A stretch of DNA of 64,000 bases. Origin: Spirulina sp. GTDB taxonomy: Bacteria > Cyanobacteriota > Cyanobacteriia > Phormidesmidales > Phormidesmidaceae. The translations under genes were made by a program, and so were the position numbers. How positions within the stretch are numbered: the first letter of the stretch is position 1; each line of letters begins with the position of its first letter. Location of the stretch: assembly GCA_044070495.1 (NCBI GenBank), contig JBIPSI010000018.1:32001-96000 (forward strand), written 5' to 3'. A model generated the notes under the pieces. The model was not told the DNA's origin. It saw only the letters and a list, made by a program, of their open reading frames with translations, and did no database searches. Below, one piece after another: positions 7,802 through 19,089 of the stretch.

Positions 7802-9220
7802 TTAGTGGGGCGCTTTCGTCCATTCGGTGTGGAAGGTGCCCTCTTTGTCGGTGCGTTGGTAGGTGTGGGCACCGAAGTAGTCGCGTTGGGCCTGGGTGAG
7901 GTTTTGGGGCAGGCGGTCGCGGCGGTAGCTGTCGAAGTAGTCTAGCGAGGCGCTGAAGGCCGGGACGGGGATGCCCTGGTGGGCGGCGAGGGCGATCACT
8001 TCGCGCCAGGCGGCTTGGCGATCCAGAATGGTTTGCTTAAATTCTGGGGCTAGCAGCAGGTTGGGTAGGCTGGGGTTTTCGTCGTAGGCATGTTTGATTT
8101 TGTTCAAAAATCCGGCCCGAATGATGCAGCCGCCTTTCCAAATCCGGGCGGTTTCGCCTAGGTTAATGCCGTACTCGTAGTGGCTAGAGGCCGCCCCAAT
8201 CAGCGCCATGCCCTGGGCGTAGGAGCAAATTTTGGAGCAGTAGAGGGCATCGCGGATTTTGTTCACCATGTCCTTCACGTCGCCGCTGAAGGAAGCGCTG
8301 GGGCCAGCCAGTTCCTTGGAGGCCGCCACCCGTTCGTCCTTGATGGAGGACATAATCCGGGCGTTTACCGCTGCGGTAATGGTGGGAATGCCGACGCCCA
8401 ATTCCAGGGCGCTCATTACCGTCCAGCGTCCGGTGCCCTTTTGGCCAGCGGCATCGAGGATCAGTTCCACCAGGGGTTTGCCCGTGTCGGGGTCGAGGTT
8501 GGTGAAGATGTCCGTGGTGATTTCAATCAGGTAGGAATCCAGTTCTTCGGTGGTGTTCCAGTTGGCGAAGACTTCGTAGAGCTGGTTGTGATCGAGGCCC
8601 AGGACGCTCTTCATCAGGTCGTAGGCTTCAGCGATGAGCTGCATATCGCCGTACTCGATACCGTTGTGCACCATTTTGACGTAGTGTCCAGCGCCACGGG
8701 GGCCAATGTAGGTGACGCAGGGGCCATCATCCACCTGGGCGGCAATTTTCTGCACAATCGGCTCGATGGAATCGTAGGCGGCGCGGGTGCCACCGGGCAT
8801 CAGGCTGGGGCCATTCAGGGCACCTTCCTCGCCACCGCTGACGCCCATGCCAATGAACCGCAGGCCCGTGGATTCCAGATCCTTGGTGCGCCGCTCGGTG
8901 TCGTCGTAGAGGGAGTTGCCGCCGTCGATGATCATGTCGCCATCCTGAAGCAGGGGCCGCAGTTGATTGATCACCGCATCCACCGCGCCGCCCGCCTTCA
9001 CCATCAGCAAAATGCGGCGAGGGCGTTCTAAGGATTCAACAAATTCTTCCAAACTGTAGGTGGGCTTTACGTTTTTGCCCTGGGCGCGGCGCTCCATAAA
9101 GCTTTGAGTCACCTGGGCGGTGCGGTTATATACGGATACAGGGAAGCCGTTGCGCTCAACATTGAGGGCCAAATTTTCGCCCATCACGGCGAGGCCGATT
9201 ACACCAAAACTCTGTGCCAT
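7802..9220 (-). CDS. gnd: NADP-dependent 6-phosphogluconate dehydrogenase
   Basis: GVIGLAVMGENLALN, IIDGGNS, VSGGEEGA, KMVHNGIEYGDMQ, QAQRDYFGAHTY. Confidence 0.98.
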   Translation of the reverse strand: MAQSFGVIGLAVMGENLALNVERNGFPVSVYNRTAQVTQSFMERRAQGKNVKPTYSLEEFVESLERPRRILLMVKAGGAVDAVINQLRPLLQDGDMIIDGGNSLYDDTERRTKDLESTGLRFIGMGVSGGEEGALNGPSLMPGGTRAAYDSIEPIVQKIAAQVDDGPCVTYIGPRGAGHYVKMVHNGIEYGDMQLIAEAYDLMKSVLGLDHNQLYEVFANWNTTEELDSYLIEITTDIFTNLDPDTGKPLVELILDAAGQKGTGRWTVMSALELGVGIPTITAAVNARIMSSIKDERVAASKELAGPSASFSGDVKDMVNKIRDALYCSKICSYAQGMALIGAASSHYEYGINLGETARIWKGGCIIRAGFLNKIKHAYDENPSLPNLLLAPEFKQTILDRQAAWREVIALAAHQGIPVPAFSASLDYFDSYRRDRLPQNLTQAQRDYFGAHTYQRTDKEGTFHTEWTKAPH

Positions 9221-9564
9221 AGAACTCTCTTGGTAACTGTTCGCTTGGGGGGGATGGATACGGTTTGCGTAGGGTTGCCGTTCACGGTTGTCTTGCCCAA
9301 AAGTTTGGGTGATGACGCTCGGTTTGGGCGGACGAGGAGACCTCGCCCCTACGGTTTACTGGGTTGGGAATCGGGTATCTGGGATTTGGATTGAGATCGG
9401 GGTAGATCTTAGACGGTACGCCTTGGAGATGAGGGCAAGGTTAAGCCACGCCTCCCCAAGGAAAACTGTCAACAGCGTAAACAACCTTTGGGAAAATCAG
9501 CCTCTCCCAAAGGTTTTCTTTAGGCCAGCCCCCCTTAAGCCAAGAAGCCCTGACACAGAGGGTG

Positions 9565-10731
9565 TTAATCCCGCAGCCGTTCGTAGCGCCAGGTGGCGGG
9601 GGGCAGGCGGCGGGCCTCGGCGGGGGCATCAGCGGGAGGATCGAGCTGAAACACCAGGGTTTCACGGTTGCAGGTGTAGCGCACCACGCCATCGGTGAGG
9701 GCGGGCTGCACGGCATCGGTGGGGTTCACAAAGCGACGACTTACCCCTTCGCCGCGCAGATAGCCCTCCTGGGTGACGATCACGTCTTGGGTCATGTCGC
9801 TGGGGTCGAAGGTTGTCCACACCAGCTTGTCGCCGCCCCGCTGGTAGTAGGCCACCGTTCCGGCCCCACTGCCGTTGGTGACCGTGGCGATGGAGATATC
9901 TAACCAGTCGGCATCGGCCCCGTAGACCGTTCCCCCGGTGGTGACGGTGAAGGCGTTATTCTCCACCCACAGGCTGCCATCGGGTTCAAAGGTGAGGAAC
10001 TGACTGCCGCGAATCACTGGATCCGCCAGTTCCGCCGCCGCCTCATCGGTGGAAGACAGTTGGCGAGAAGCTTCCTCCAGAAACCCCGGCGGCATCGTCA
10101 TGGAAGCTAAGAACCAACTGCCCACCACGCAGCGATCTGCACTCACCCGCTGTGCCCCCGCCAGTAGCGACAGATCGGACTCCGGGGATTCAACCGCCGC
10201 CGCCCCGTCACCCTCAAAGTACAACCCTCGGCTAATCAGGTTAGCCAAACTGGAGACCGCACTTTCGCCGCACACGCCCACCTCGGCACTGGTGATTCCG
10301 GTCACATTGATCACCAGATCGCCCTGGAGAAAGCTGAGGGTACGAGCTTGTTCCGCGCCATCTCGGTCGTACTGCACAATCATCACACCACCATCGCCCT
10401 GGGCACTGGGAATCGCCACCTTGCGCCGCCCGTCTGCATCGGCCTCTCGCTGATCCAAAAAGGCCTGGGCCGCCGCCTCTCCCCCCAACTGCGCCACCGG
10501 GAACGCCTGCACTATCAGCCCCGGCTCGCTGAGGCCACTAAAAAACACCGCCCCCATGCCGCCATTGGTTTCGTTAATCACCAAATCGTCTAGGGGAGCC
10601 CGCCGCCCGGTACGGCACAGGCTCGAAAGGGTCTCCGAGGGAATCGTCACATCCCGCAACTGGGCCTGGGCCGGATGGGCAAACCCCAGCCCCAGCAACA
10701 ATCCGCCAAGCGCCAAAAAACGGTTATCCAT
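9565..10731 (-). CDS. Exported hypothetical protein
   Basis: 388-aa ORF with Sec signal MDNRFLALGGLLLGLGFAHPAQA; RBS GGAG upstream. Confidence 0.7.
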   Translation of the reverse strand: MDNRFLALGGLLLGLGFAHPAQAQLRDVTIPSETLSSLCRTGRRAPLDDLVINETNGGMGAVFFSGLSEPGLIVQAFPVAQLGGEAAAQAFLDQREADADGRRKVAIPSAQGDGGVMIVQYDRDGAEQARTLSFLQGDLVINVTGITSAEVGVCGESAVSSLANLISRGLYFEGDGAAAVESPESDLSLLAGAQRVSADRCVVGSWFLASMTMPPGFLEEASRQLSSTDEAAAELADPVIRGSQFLTFEPDGSLWVENNAFTVTTGGTVYGADADWLDISIATVTNGSGAGTVAYYQRGGDKLVWTTFDPSDMTQDVIVTQEGYLRGEGVSRRFVNPTDAVQPALTDGVVRYTCNRETLVFQLDPPADAPAEARRLPPATWRYERLRD

Positions 10732-10890
10732 AGTCGCTCCTACCCCAGGTCAACTAGGGTCATAGACTGCGGCTTATGACTACAGGTTGCCGCCCGCCTG
10801 TTCCGGGAGAATGACCGAATCCCGAATCGCAACGCAGGACATCTCTAGGGTGACGAAAAATCGCTGATCTCCGCTGGTTGATGGCACGGG

Positions 10891-11676
10891 CTAGGCCAAA
10901 ATCGGGCTTTTTTGAGGTAAAAATCCAGTTTGAGCGAGAATTTGGCTGAGATTCACCCCTTGCTCTAGGAGGCTGGCGTGGCCGCTGTGGGGCAGGGGAT
11001 AAATTTGGGTTTGGGGCAGCAGGGCGGCGAGGCGTTGGGCTTCCTCCAGGGAGGGCAGCAACCGATCCGCTAGGGACGCCACCAGCAAGGTCGGCTGTGT
11101 CCAGGCGGATAGATCGAGGGCGTCGGGGCGAAACTGGGTGAGTAGGTTCATGCGCCAAGCCACGGTGGTTTGGGGTACGGCCTGCACCGCCTGAAGCAAT
11201 TGCTCTCGCTGGGTGGGGGCAATGCGGCTGAGATTGGCCAACATGGGCAAGCTGCCTAGGGTGGAAACGGGAAAGACCGTGGACGGCACCCAGGGGGTGA
11301 TTTGCCCCAGCCAGGATAGCCAGGGCAATCGGTGGAAGGCCGAGGCAGGGTTGACTAGAATCAAGCGATCCGCCAAGTCCGCCGCCTGGGCCACGATCTG
11401 AAGCGCCAAACAAGCCCCAAAGGACTCGCCACAGAGATATACCGAACGTCCGGCAGAGACCGTTGTAATTAGGGGAATGATCTGTTCGGCCAAGGATTCC
11501 CAAGTACTGCGGTCATCCTGGGGCAGGGCCAAGCAGCGCACCTCAAAATGGGGATGCAGGGCGGGAATTTGGGTGGAAAACAGTGTTCCTGACCCATCCA
11601 TGCCGGGAAGGTACACCAACAGCGGCTTCTGGGGCTGGGGTTCGGTGGGGGTGAAGAGGTTTAGGGCGGCGGGCAT
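10891..11676 (-). CDS. Alpha/beta-fold hydrolase
   Basis: YLPGMDGSG oxyanion region, GESFG nucleophile, DRLLPS and SGHA acid/His; start set at MPAALNLF. Confidence 0.9.
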   Translation of the reverse strand: MPAALNLFTPTEPQPQKPLLVYLPGMDGSGTLFSTQIPALHPHFEVRCLALPQDDRSTWESLAEQIIPLITTVSAGRSVYLCGESFGACLALQIVAQAADLADRLILVNPASAFHRLPWLSWLGQITPWVPSTVFPVSTLGSLPMLANLSRIAPTQREQLLQAVQAVPQTTVAWRMNLLTQFRPDALDLSAWTQPTLLVASLADRLLPSLEEAQRLAALLPQTQIYPLPHSGHASLLEQGVNLSQILAQTGFLPQKSPILA

Positions 11677-11683
11677 AGGGGTT

Positions 11684-11714
11684 AGGGAATCGGGAATCGG
11701 GAGTTGGGAGTCGG
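11684..11714. repeat. Heptamer short tandem repeat (STRR-like)
   Basis: GGGAATC GGGAATC GGGAGTT GGGAGTC. Confidence 0.6.
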
Positions 11715-11777
11715 GGTGAGAACGGTAGGTTGGGTGGCGCGAAGCAGAACCCAACAGGAGGAGACCCCAAGCTGAGG

Positions 11778-12551
11778 TTAGGGGCTAGGAGTCGGGGAGC
11801 TTTTGGTGCTGGACTGGAGGAGAGTTGCGATTTCCTCGTGGCAGCCGTGGGTGATGTCGGCCATGAAGGCATCGTGACCCTTGCGGCGATAGTAGCCACG
11901 CAGGGCGGCATTCACCCGAATGGGGCGGCCAATGCGCAAATCCACCCTGCGATAGACCACGGCGGGATGCAATCCGGGCTGCTGAAACAGGGGTTCGGTG
12001 GCATCAAACCAGCTCAGCCAGCGCAGGGGCATCACGGCATTGTTCCACTCTTGGCGGGAGGCGATGGCCACGGGCACAATGACGAGTTCCTCCACGGGGG
12101 CGCGTAGGGCTAGGTGGGCAAAGCCGCGATGGAAGGGGCCGAGGTGTTGGGGCGTGGTGGATTGCACCATGGGGGCGGCTCCCTCTGGGAAGATGCCCAC
12201 GGATTCTCCCTGGCCTAGGGTATGGAGGGCGCGGCGAAAAAAGGCCCGTTGCCCCCGTCCGGGCGGATCGAGGGGAAGACAGCCTAGGGCTTGCACCACT
12301 TCGCGCAAACCGGGCACTTGGCCCATGTAGTGGTGGCAAGCAAACCGCACCGGACGATTAACGGCCTGCATCAGCAGCAGGGCATCCATAATGCTGCGGT
12401 GATTGCTCACCAGCACCAGGGGCAGGGGCGGAATCCGGTCTTGCCCGGTGACCGTGACCGACACCCCAGACAGGCCCAGCAGCCCGGTGGCCAAGGCCAG
12501 GGGAGACACGGCATTGGGGGAAAAGGAGAGCGGAGACGAGGCGAGAGCCAT
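11778..12551 (-). CDS. PlsC-like lysophospholipid acyltransferase
   Basis: NHRSIMD (HX4D) and IFPEG motifs; paired with the alpha/beta hydrolase. Confidence 0.88.
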   Translation of the reverse strand: MALASSPLSFSPNAVSPLALATGLLGLSGVSVTVTGQDRIPPLPLVLVSNHRSIMDALLLMQAVNRPVRFACHHYMGQVPGLREVVQALGCLPLDPPGRGQRAFFRRALHTLGQGESVGIFPEGAAPMVQSTTPQHLGPFHRGFAHLALRAPVEELVIVPVAIASRQEWNNAVMPLRWLSWFDATEPLFQQPGLHPAVVYRRVDLRIGRPIRVNAALRGYYRRKGHDAFMADITHGCHEEIATLLQSSTKSSPTPSP

Positions 12552-12785
12552 GGCAAGGAGGAGGTAGATCAACACCCTGATCCGCGAGGGGAAGTCGGTG
12601 GGGGCGTTGTTTCATAACGTAACAAAACTTGTCCGTCAGCGGATCGCCGGATTTCCTCCCTCATCCCGACGCTTCCCTTCGGGAGAGCGCGGGGCTTCCC
12701 GCCGATTAGCTAAACGGATAGTTAAGACCTTGGTGCAGGGCGGCCCAGACCCCCTAAGCTAGAGGGGTGCGTGAGAGAATCTGCT

Positions 12786-13178
12786 ATGACGACCCCATCG
12801 GTACCCGTTTCCCAAATTGCCACGGCGGCGGATCTGCTCCGGGCCTACGCCGCTGGTCAGCGTAATTTTGAATACGTCATGCTGGCCGACACCGATCTCA
12901 CCGGGGCCGACCTGAAGGGCTGCGACTTCAGCTATGCCGACTTCAGTGGGGCCAACCTCAGCCAAGCCAACCTGCGGGGGGCCGACCTCAGCTATGCCAA
13001 CCTCAGCGAAACCAACCTCACCGAGGCCGACCTGCGGGGGGCCATGCTAATTGGGACGGATTTACGCACCGCCACCATCACCGCCGCCCAGTTCCACCAG
13101 GCCGACTACGACCCTCAAGAAACCCACTTTCCCCAGGGGTTCGACCCCGTGCAGCAGGGCCTCAAGGCAGACCGCTAG
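12786..13178 (+). CDS. Pentapeptide-repeat protein
   Basis: LLRAYAAGQRNF cap followed by A(D/N)LXX repeats. Confidence 0.9.
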   Translation: MTTPSVPVSQIATAADLLRAYAAGQRNFEYVMLADTDLTGADLKGCDFSYADFSGANLSQANLRGADLSYANLSETNLTEADLRGAMLIGTDLRTATITAAQFHQADYDPQETHFPQGFDPVQQGLKADR

Positions 13179-14010
13179 ACCGTCTGCGATTTCGAGTCAA
13201 AATGCCCTGACGGGGGCTGAACAGCAGGGCTAGCAAAAATCCGAGGAACACCGTTAGCCCAATGGCGGGGCCGGAGGGCAGATCGAGGTAGTAGCTGGCG
13301 TACATGCCGATGACGCCAAATAGCACCCCAAACATGGCCCCCACGATCATCATCCAGTGCAGTTCCTTAACGAGCAGGTAGGCGGTGGCGGCGGGGCCAA
13401 CCATCAGCGCCACCACCAAAATCACCCCCACGGTTTTAATGCCCGCAATGATGGCTAGGGTGATCGCCGCCGTGAGACCCAGGTTGATGACCTGGACGGG
13501 CAACCCCAGGGCCTCGGCACCGAGGGGATCGAAGGTGAAAAACAGGAGTTCCTTATAAAATAGTTTTACCCCCGTTAGCACCAGCAGGGCAATCAGGGCG
13601 ATCTGTCCCAAGTCTTGGGGCGTAATGCTGAGGATGTCGCCAAATAGCACCTGTTCTAGGCTGAGGGGCGTGTTGAGCACCGTCAGCAGGGTAATCCCTA
13701 GGGAAAAAAAGGTGGAAAAGGTGATCGCCATGGCCGTATCCACCTTAATTTTCGACTGGCGACGAATCCAGGAAATCAGGGCGGCGCTGCATAGCCCCAT
13801 GGCAAAGGCCCCTAGCAACGTCGGCAAGCGCAACACCTGGGCAATGGCCAAACCGGGCAGCACCCCGTGGGCCACCACATCCCCCAGCATGGCCATGCGC
13901 TGAACCATCAAATAGGTGCCCACCACGGGGCAAAGAATCCCCACCAGCACACTGGCCAGCAGGGCTTGACGCATAAAGTCGTAGCTGAGCGGGGCAATTA
14001 ACCCATCCAT
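13162..14010 (-). CDS. Mn/Zn/Fe ABC transporter permease (ABC-3 family)
   Basis: LSYDFMRQAL, GDVVAHGVLPG, LFGDIL, TFDPLGA, VGVILVVALMVGPAATA. Confidence 0.92.
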   Translation of the reverse strand: MDGLIAPLSYDFMRQALLASVLVGILCPVVGTYLMVQRMAMLGDVVAHGVLPGLAIAQVLRLPTLLGAFAMGLCSAALISWIRRQSKIKVDTAMAITFSTFFSLGITLLTVLNTPLSLEQVLFGDILSITPQDLGQIALIALLVLTGVKLFYKELLFFTFDPLGAEALGLPVQVINLGLTAAITLAIIAGIKTVGVILVVALMVGPAATAYLLVKELHWMMIVGAMFGVLFGVIGMYASYYLDLPSGPAIGLTVFLGFLLALLFSPRQGILTRNRRRSSGLP

Positions 14011-14345
14011 AGCAAACCCTTGTCTGTAAGCGAGCCTTTTGCAGTAGCAAACCCTTGTCAGTGGGGGGTCTGTTGTCGGTCTTGGCATAACCAACGCTAT
14101 CTTAGGCGAATCTTGGATGACATTTTGGCCTTGCGCGAAGGCCCCAAGTCTGAAAGAAAAGCGTAGATCTGCCCCTCTTTGGGGATTTGCCCTTTAGATA
14201 AGGACAGATCTGAACGGTCTCCCTCACCTCAATCGGGCAGGACGGAGCATCCCTTCAGAGTCTCTCAACGGAAACGGCGACCAGGATTGGGAGGTGGTTT
14301 TATGCCAACCCTTAACCCAGGATTTATCTGGATCTGGTCTGCTAA

Positions 14346-15479
<1,134 letters not shown>

Positions 15480-15517
15480 CGTTCGTCCGATGGAGTTGGG
15501 CCAGGTTGCCCTGGGTG

Positions 15518-15639
15518 GATCCCCCCTGCCCCCCTTGCAAAGGGGGGAACTGGAGTCAAAGTCCCCCTTTGCAAGGGGGATTTAGGGGGATCTCCCAGAA
15601 TTCAAAGTCCCCCTTTTTAAGGGGGATTTAGGGGGATCT
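15518..15639. repeat. Cyanobacterial small dispersed repeat (GATCCCCCC..CCCCCTT..AAGGGGG) with a duplicated second hairpin
   Basis: Three CCCCCTT/AAGGGGG hairpins; same family at 24534-24563, 37625-37700 and 37800-37830. Confidence 0.8.
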
Positions 15640-15810
15640 GCTTGGATGCAACCGCCAGTCTCTCAATCTGGTCAAGACTGGCTCATCTCCAACGTAGGCA
15701 AGGAATCAGCAAGCACTGACACCGATGGGTTCAAAACACCGACGGCTTTGGGGAATGAGGTGATAGATTGAAGGCAAGATGCGTTTGTAAATTTTGGTTA
15801 ACCTCATCCC

Positions 15811-16320
15811 ATGCTGATTCTTTCTGCAACCAACGGCAACAATCTGAATTTGGCTCGTGCCTTTGCCGACGAAGCCACGAAGCAGGGCGCGACTGCCGAG
15901 GTCATGAGTTTGCCCGATCTACAACTGCCCCTCTACGACTCGGTGGTGGGTGAGGCTGGCCCAGGGTTGGCCAAACTCGAACAAGCCCTGAAGCAGCATC
16001 AAGGTTTGGTGGTCTGCGCCCCGGAGTACAACGGATCCATTCCGCCCGTGGTGAGCAATGCCATTGCCTGGTTATCGGTCAGTACGGAAGACTTCCGTGC
16101 CCTGTTCAATGCCCGTCCGGTGGCCCTGGCCAGCCACAGCGGCGGCGGTGGGCAGAAAGTCGGTCTTGCCATGCGTCAACAGTTATCCCACCTGGGTTGT
16201 AACGTGCTGGGCCGAGAAGTGGTGGCCAACGCCCAGAAGGACGCCAACCCCGAAGCCATTGCCGCCCTGGTGGCCCAACTTAGCGTCCTAGAATCGACTG
16301 CCGCTGACCTTCCCGCCTAG
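15811..16320 (+). CDS. NADPH-dependent FMN reductase
   Basis: APEYNGSIPPVVSNAIAWLS and SHSGGGG motifs. Confidence 0.9.
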   Translation: MLILSATNGNNLNLARAFADEATKQGATAEVMSLPDLQLPLYDSVVGEAGPGLAKLEQALKQHQGLVVCAPEYNGSIPPVVSNAIAWLSVSTEDFRALFNARPVALASHSGGGGQKVGLAMRQQLSHLGCNVLGREVVANAQKDANPEAIAALVAQLSVLESTAADLPA

Positions 16321-16428
16321 GTCTAGCCCTCGGACTTGGGAGCCTCAGCCGCGATGTCCTCTTTGGTTCTGGCTAGTTTTTGGTCAAAATTCGATCCTGT
16401 CCCTTAGGATCACGGCATAGATTTTGCC

Positions 16429-19020
16429 ATGACCATGCCCCAGGACGACGTGACTCCTCCCGACCATTCGCCCCCCACCCAGGACACCCCCAAGGATGCC
16501 GTAGACGGTACCCTGCTTGGGCTACTTACCCTGGCACTGTATACCCTGTTCACCCTACTCCCCGGCAGCAGCACCATGATGACGGCTTGGCCGTGGGTGT
16601 TTTTGTGGCAGATGGCGTTGCTGTTGCCGATTCTGTGGCTGCTTTGGCAGGTGTGGCAGAAACCCCTGGTGTCCCTGGCCCTGGGGGGCGGGCTGGACTG
16701 GGTGGCAGCCTTGGCGGTGGCGGGGTTGGGGATTTCTACCCTGGCGGCAGAGTTTCATGCCCAGGCGCTTTGGTATTCCTGGGCGGCGCTGGGGGGAATT
16801 GCGGCCCTCTATGCCCTGCGGGGATGGTTGACGGACATCAACCGGGTGAAAGCGGCGCTGAATTTTCAGGGATATTTAGCCCTAGCCTTTGTGGGGGTGA
16901 GTTTGGGCCTGTGGGTGCTGCAAATCTATCGGCCCGAACTGGCTCGGTTGCAGGCGCTTCAGCAGTACGGGGTGGAAACCGCCTTTAGTTTTCAATTCAC
17001 CAGCCTGCGGAACTGGCAACCCATTGGCCACCAAAACTATGTGGCGGGCTATCTGGGCCTGGTGATTCCCCTATTTGTGGGGTTGGCTTGGTTGGCGAAG
17101 GACTGGCGACGCTGGCTGTGGCTGGGGGCTATGGGGCTGGGCCTGGTGAATCTCTATACCACCAGTTCTCGCGGCGGCTGGCTGGCGTTGATTGCGGCGG
17201 GCTTGGTGGGCTTAGGCGTGGCGCTGATCTACAGTCCCCTACCCCGGCGCTGGGTGTTGGCGGTCGGGCTAGGGGGCACCGCCCTGGTATTGGCGTTGAT
17301 ATTCAGCAACAGTCGCCTACGACAAGCCCTGGCGGGCCTCACCAGCGGCAACTTGGCCGGAGGAGAGTTCTCCTACCGCGCGGTCACCAATGCGGTGGGC
17401 TGGAATATGGGCAAAAGCGCCCCCCTGACCGGGATCGGCCCCGGCAGTGTGCCCCTCGTCTACCAAGCCTATCGCCCCCACTGGGCCGGACGAGATGCCG
17501 AACTACAATTTCAACTGCACAGCACCCCCGCCCAACTGTGGGGCGAATTAGGGATTTGGGGTGTCATCGTTCCCCTGGCCTTGGTTGGGGTAATTCTCGC
17601 CTTGGTGATCCGCTGGATTCGTGCCGATGCCCGCCACACCCCCTCCAGCCTGCCGCCCCTAATGGTCTGGTGCATCCTCTCGGCCCTGGTTGGCTTTTCT
17701 CTGATCAGCCTCACCGACTACCAACTCGACATCCTCCCCATCAGCGGCGTTCTCATCCTCTACCTCGCCACCCTTTCCCATACCCTCACCCCGTACGGGC
17801 GCACCGCCGTGCGCCCCAACCCCAACCCCAGCCGCCTGAACCGTATTCTCGTTGCCCTGGGCCTAGGGATGTCGTTGGCGATGAGTCTGTGGCTGGTGCC
17901 TGTGCATCGAGCCTGGGGGTTGTCTAGCGATGGCTTTGCCGCCCTAGCCAAGCAGGATGTTAATCGTTTTGCCCAAAGCCTGGATCGCGCCCATCAACTG
18001 GCTCCCTGGGAACCCTACTACCCCTACCAACTGGGCTGGAACCTGGGCGATCTCAGCTACCAGGTGACGGATAACCCCGACCTGCGGGCGGCCCTGTTGC
18101 GGGATGCGATTGCTTGGTTTGAGGTGGGAAATGAAACGGTGCCCTACCAAGAGTTTGGCCACTCTAACCTGGGCTGGCTGCTGCTAGATAATAGTCAACT
18201 CGACGAGGCCAAAGCTTCCTTTCAGCGATCCATTGGTCTCATTCCTGCCAAACCGGGAGTCTTTTTTGGCCTGGGCTTTAGCTGTCTGCGCCAGGACGAT
18301 ACCGCCTGCGCCACCGAGGCTCTTGCCCTAGAAATCCTTCGTCATCCGGTGCTGCTGACGAGTCCAATCTGGCAGATTGGCCCCCTAGCTGATCTCTATG
18401 GCCCCGTTACCGAACGCCTAGAAACCCTCTATGGCGAAATGCTGAGCCAAAGTACCGATCCTGCCCTGACCAGCTTTTTGCACCAAGGACGGGGCACCCT
18501 GCGCTGGTGGCTGGGGGATGTGGCCGGGGCCGCTGAGGATTGGGAAACATCCGGTGGCGTCCTCCAATCTGCCCTGCTGACCCTGGCTGAAGGCGGCACC
18601 GTGGATCTCGAAACCCTGCCAGAAATTCCGGCTAAGTACGCCATTGCTGCTTGGCAAACCCCCGACCAACGCCAAGCCCTGCTCGAAAAAGCCTGGGTGA
18701 CCCAGCCCGAAGACCTGCCCCAACTGGCCGACAGCCTACCCGATCCAGCGATGATCGCCAACCTAGTCGCCAGCATGGACAACGCCGCCAACTTTAAGGA
18801 CTGGCTGCAACGCACCGCCCCAAGCTGGCAGCCCCGCAGCGGTCGCCTGGGGTTTGGGGTGCTCAGCCGCCACATCGACGGGCCAACCCCTTCCGACTTT
18901 TACCCCAGGATTGAAAATGTGCCCATGGTGAAATTCTTCCCGGAGGTGATTGTTTCGCCAATCTTTCTACCAGCCCTAGATCAAGCCTTACAGCCCTATC
19001 AGCAGGGGGTTTTGGAGTAG
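16429..19020 (+). CDS. O-antigen ligase (Wzy_C) family membrane protein with C-terminal TPR
   Basis: Many TM helices, GHQNYVAGYL, TSSRGGWL, PLTGIGPG, QLHST, and TPR-like helices in the C-terminal half. Confidence 0.85.
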   Translation: MTMPQDDVTPPDHSPPTQDTPKDAVDGTLLGLLTLALYTLFTLLPGSSTMMTAWPWVFLWQMALLLPILWLLWQVWQKPLVSLALGGGLDWVAALAVAGLGISTLAAEFHAQALWYSWAALGGIAALYALRGWLTDINRVKAALNFQGYLALAFVGVSLGLWVLQIYRPELARLQALQQYGVETAFSFQFTSLRNWQPIGHQNYVAGYLGLVIPLFVGLAWLAKDWRRWLWLGAMGLGLVNLYTTSSRGGWLALIAAGLVGLGVALIYSPLPRRWVLAVGLGGTALVLALIFSNSRLRQALAGLTSGNLAGGEFSYRAVTNAVGWNMGKSAPLTGIGPGSVPLVYQAYRPHWAGRDAELQFQLHSTPAQLWGELGIWGVIVPLALVGVILALVIRWIRADARHTPSSLPPLMVWCILSALVGFSLISLTDYQLDILPISGVLILYLATLSHTLTPYGRTAVRPNPNPSRLNRILVALGLGMSLAMSLWLVPVHRAWGLSSDGFAALAKQDVNRFAQSLDRAHQLAPWEPYYPYQLGWNLGDLSYQVTDNPDLRAALLRDAIAWFEVGNETVPYQEFGHSNLGWLLLDNSQLDEAKASFQRSIGLIPAKPGVFFGLGFSCLRQDDTACATEALALEILRHPVLLTSPIWQIGPLADLYGPVTERLETLYGEMLSQSTDPALTSFLHQGRGTLRWWLGDVAGAAEDWETSGGVLQSALLTLAEGGTVDLETLPEIPAKYAIAAWQTPDQRQALLEKAWVTQPEDLPQLADSLPDPAMIANLVASMDNAANFKDWLQRTAPSWQPRSGRLGFGVLSRHIDGPTPSDFYPRIENVPMVKFFPEVIVSPIFLPALDQALQPYQQGVLE
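17791..17820 (+). repeat. GTAC-variant REP inside a coding sequence
   Basis: CCGTACGGGCGCACCGCCGTGCGCCCCAAC; 28/30 identical to the inverted copy at 19049-19078; further copies at 34558-34587 and 34600-34629. Confidence 0.85.
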
Positions 19021-19089
19021 GAATCTGACGGATAAGATTTTGGCCAAGGTTGGGGCGCACCGCTGTGCGCCCGTACGGTGGATTTTGGG

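Noticed and set aside
8180..9031. 283-aa + strand ORF and the many other antisense ORFs over gnd, amt, TpsA and CHASE2 genes
   Set aside because: Shadow ORFs arising from GC-rich codon bias opposite well-supported genes.
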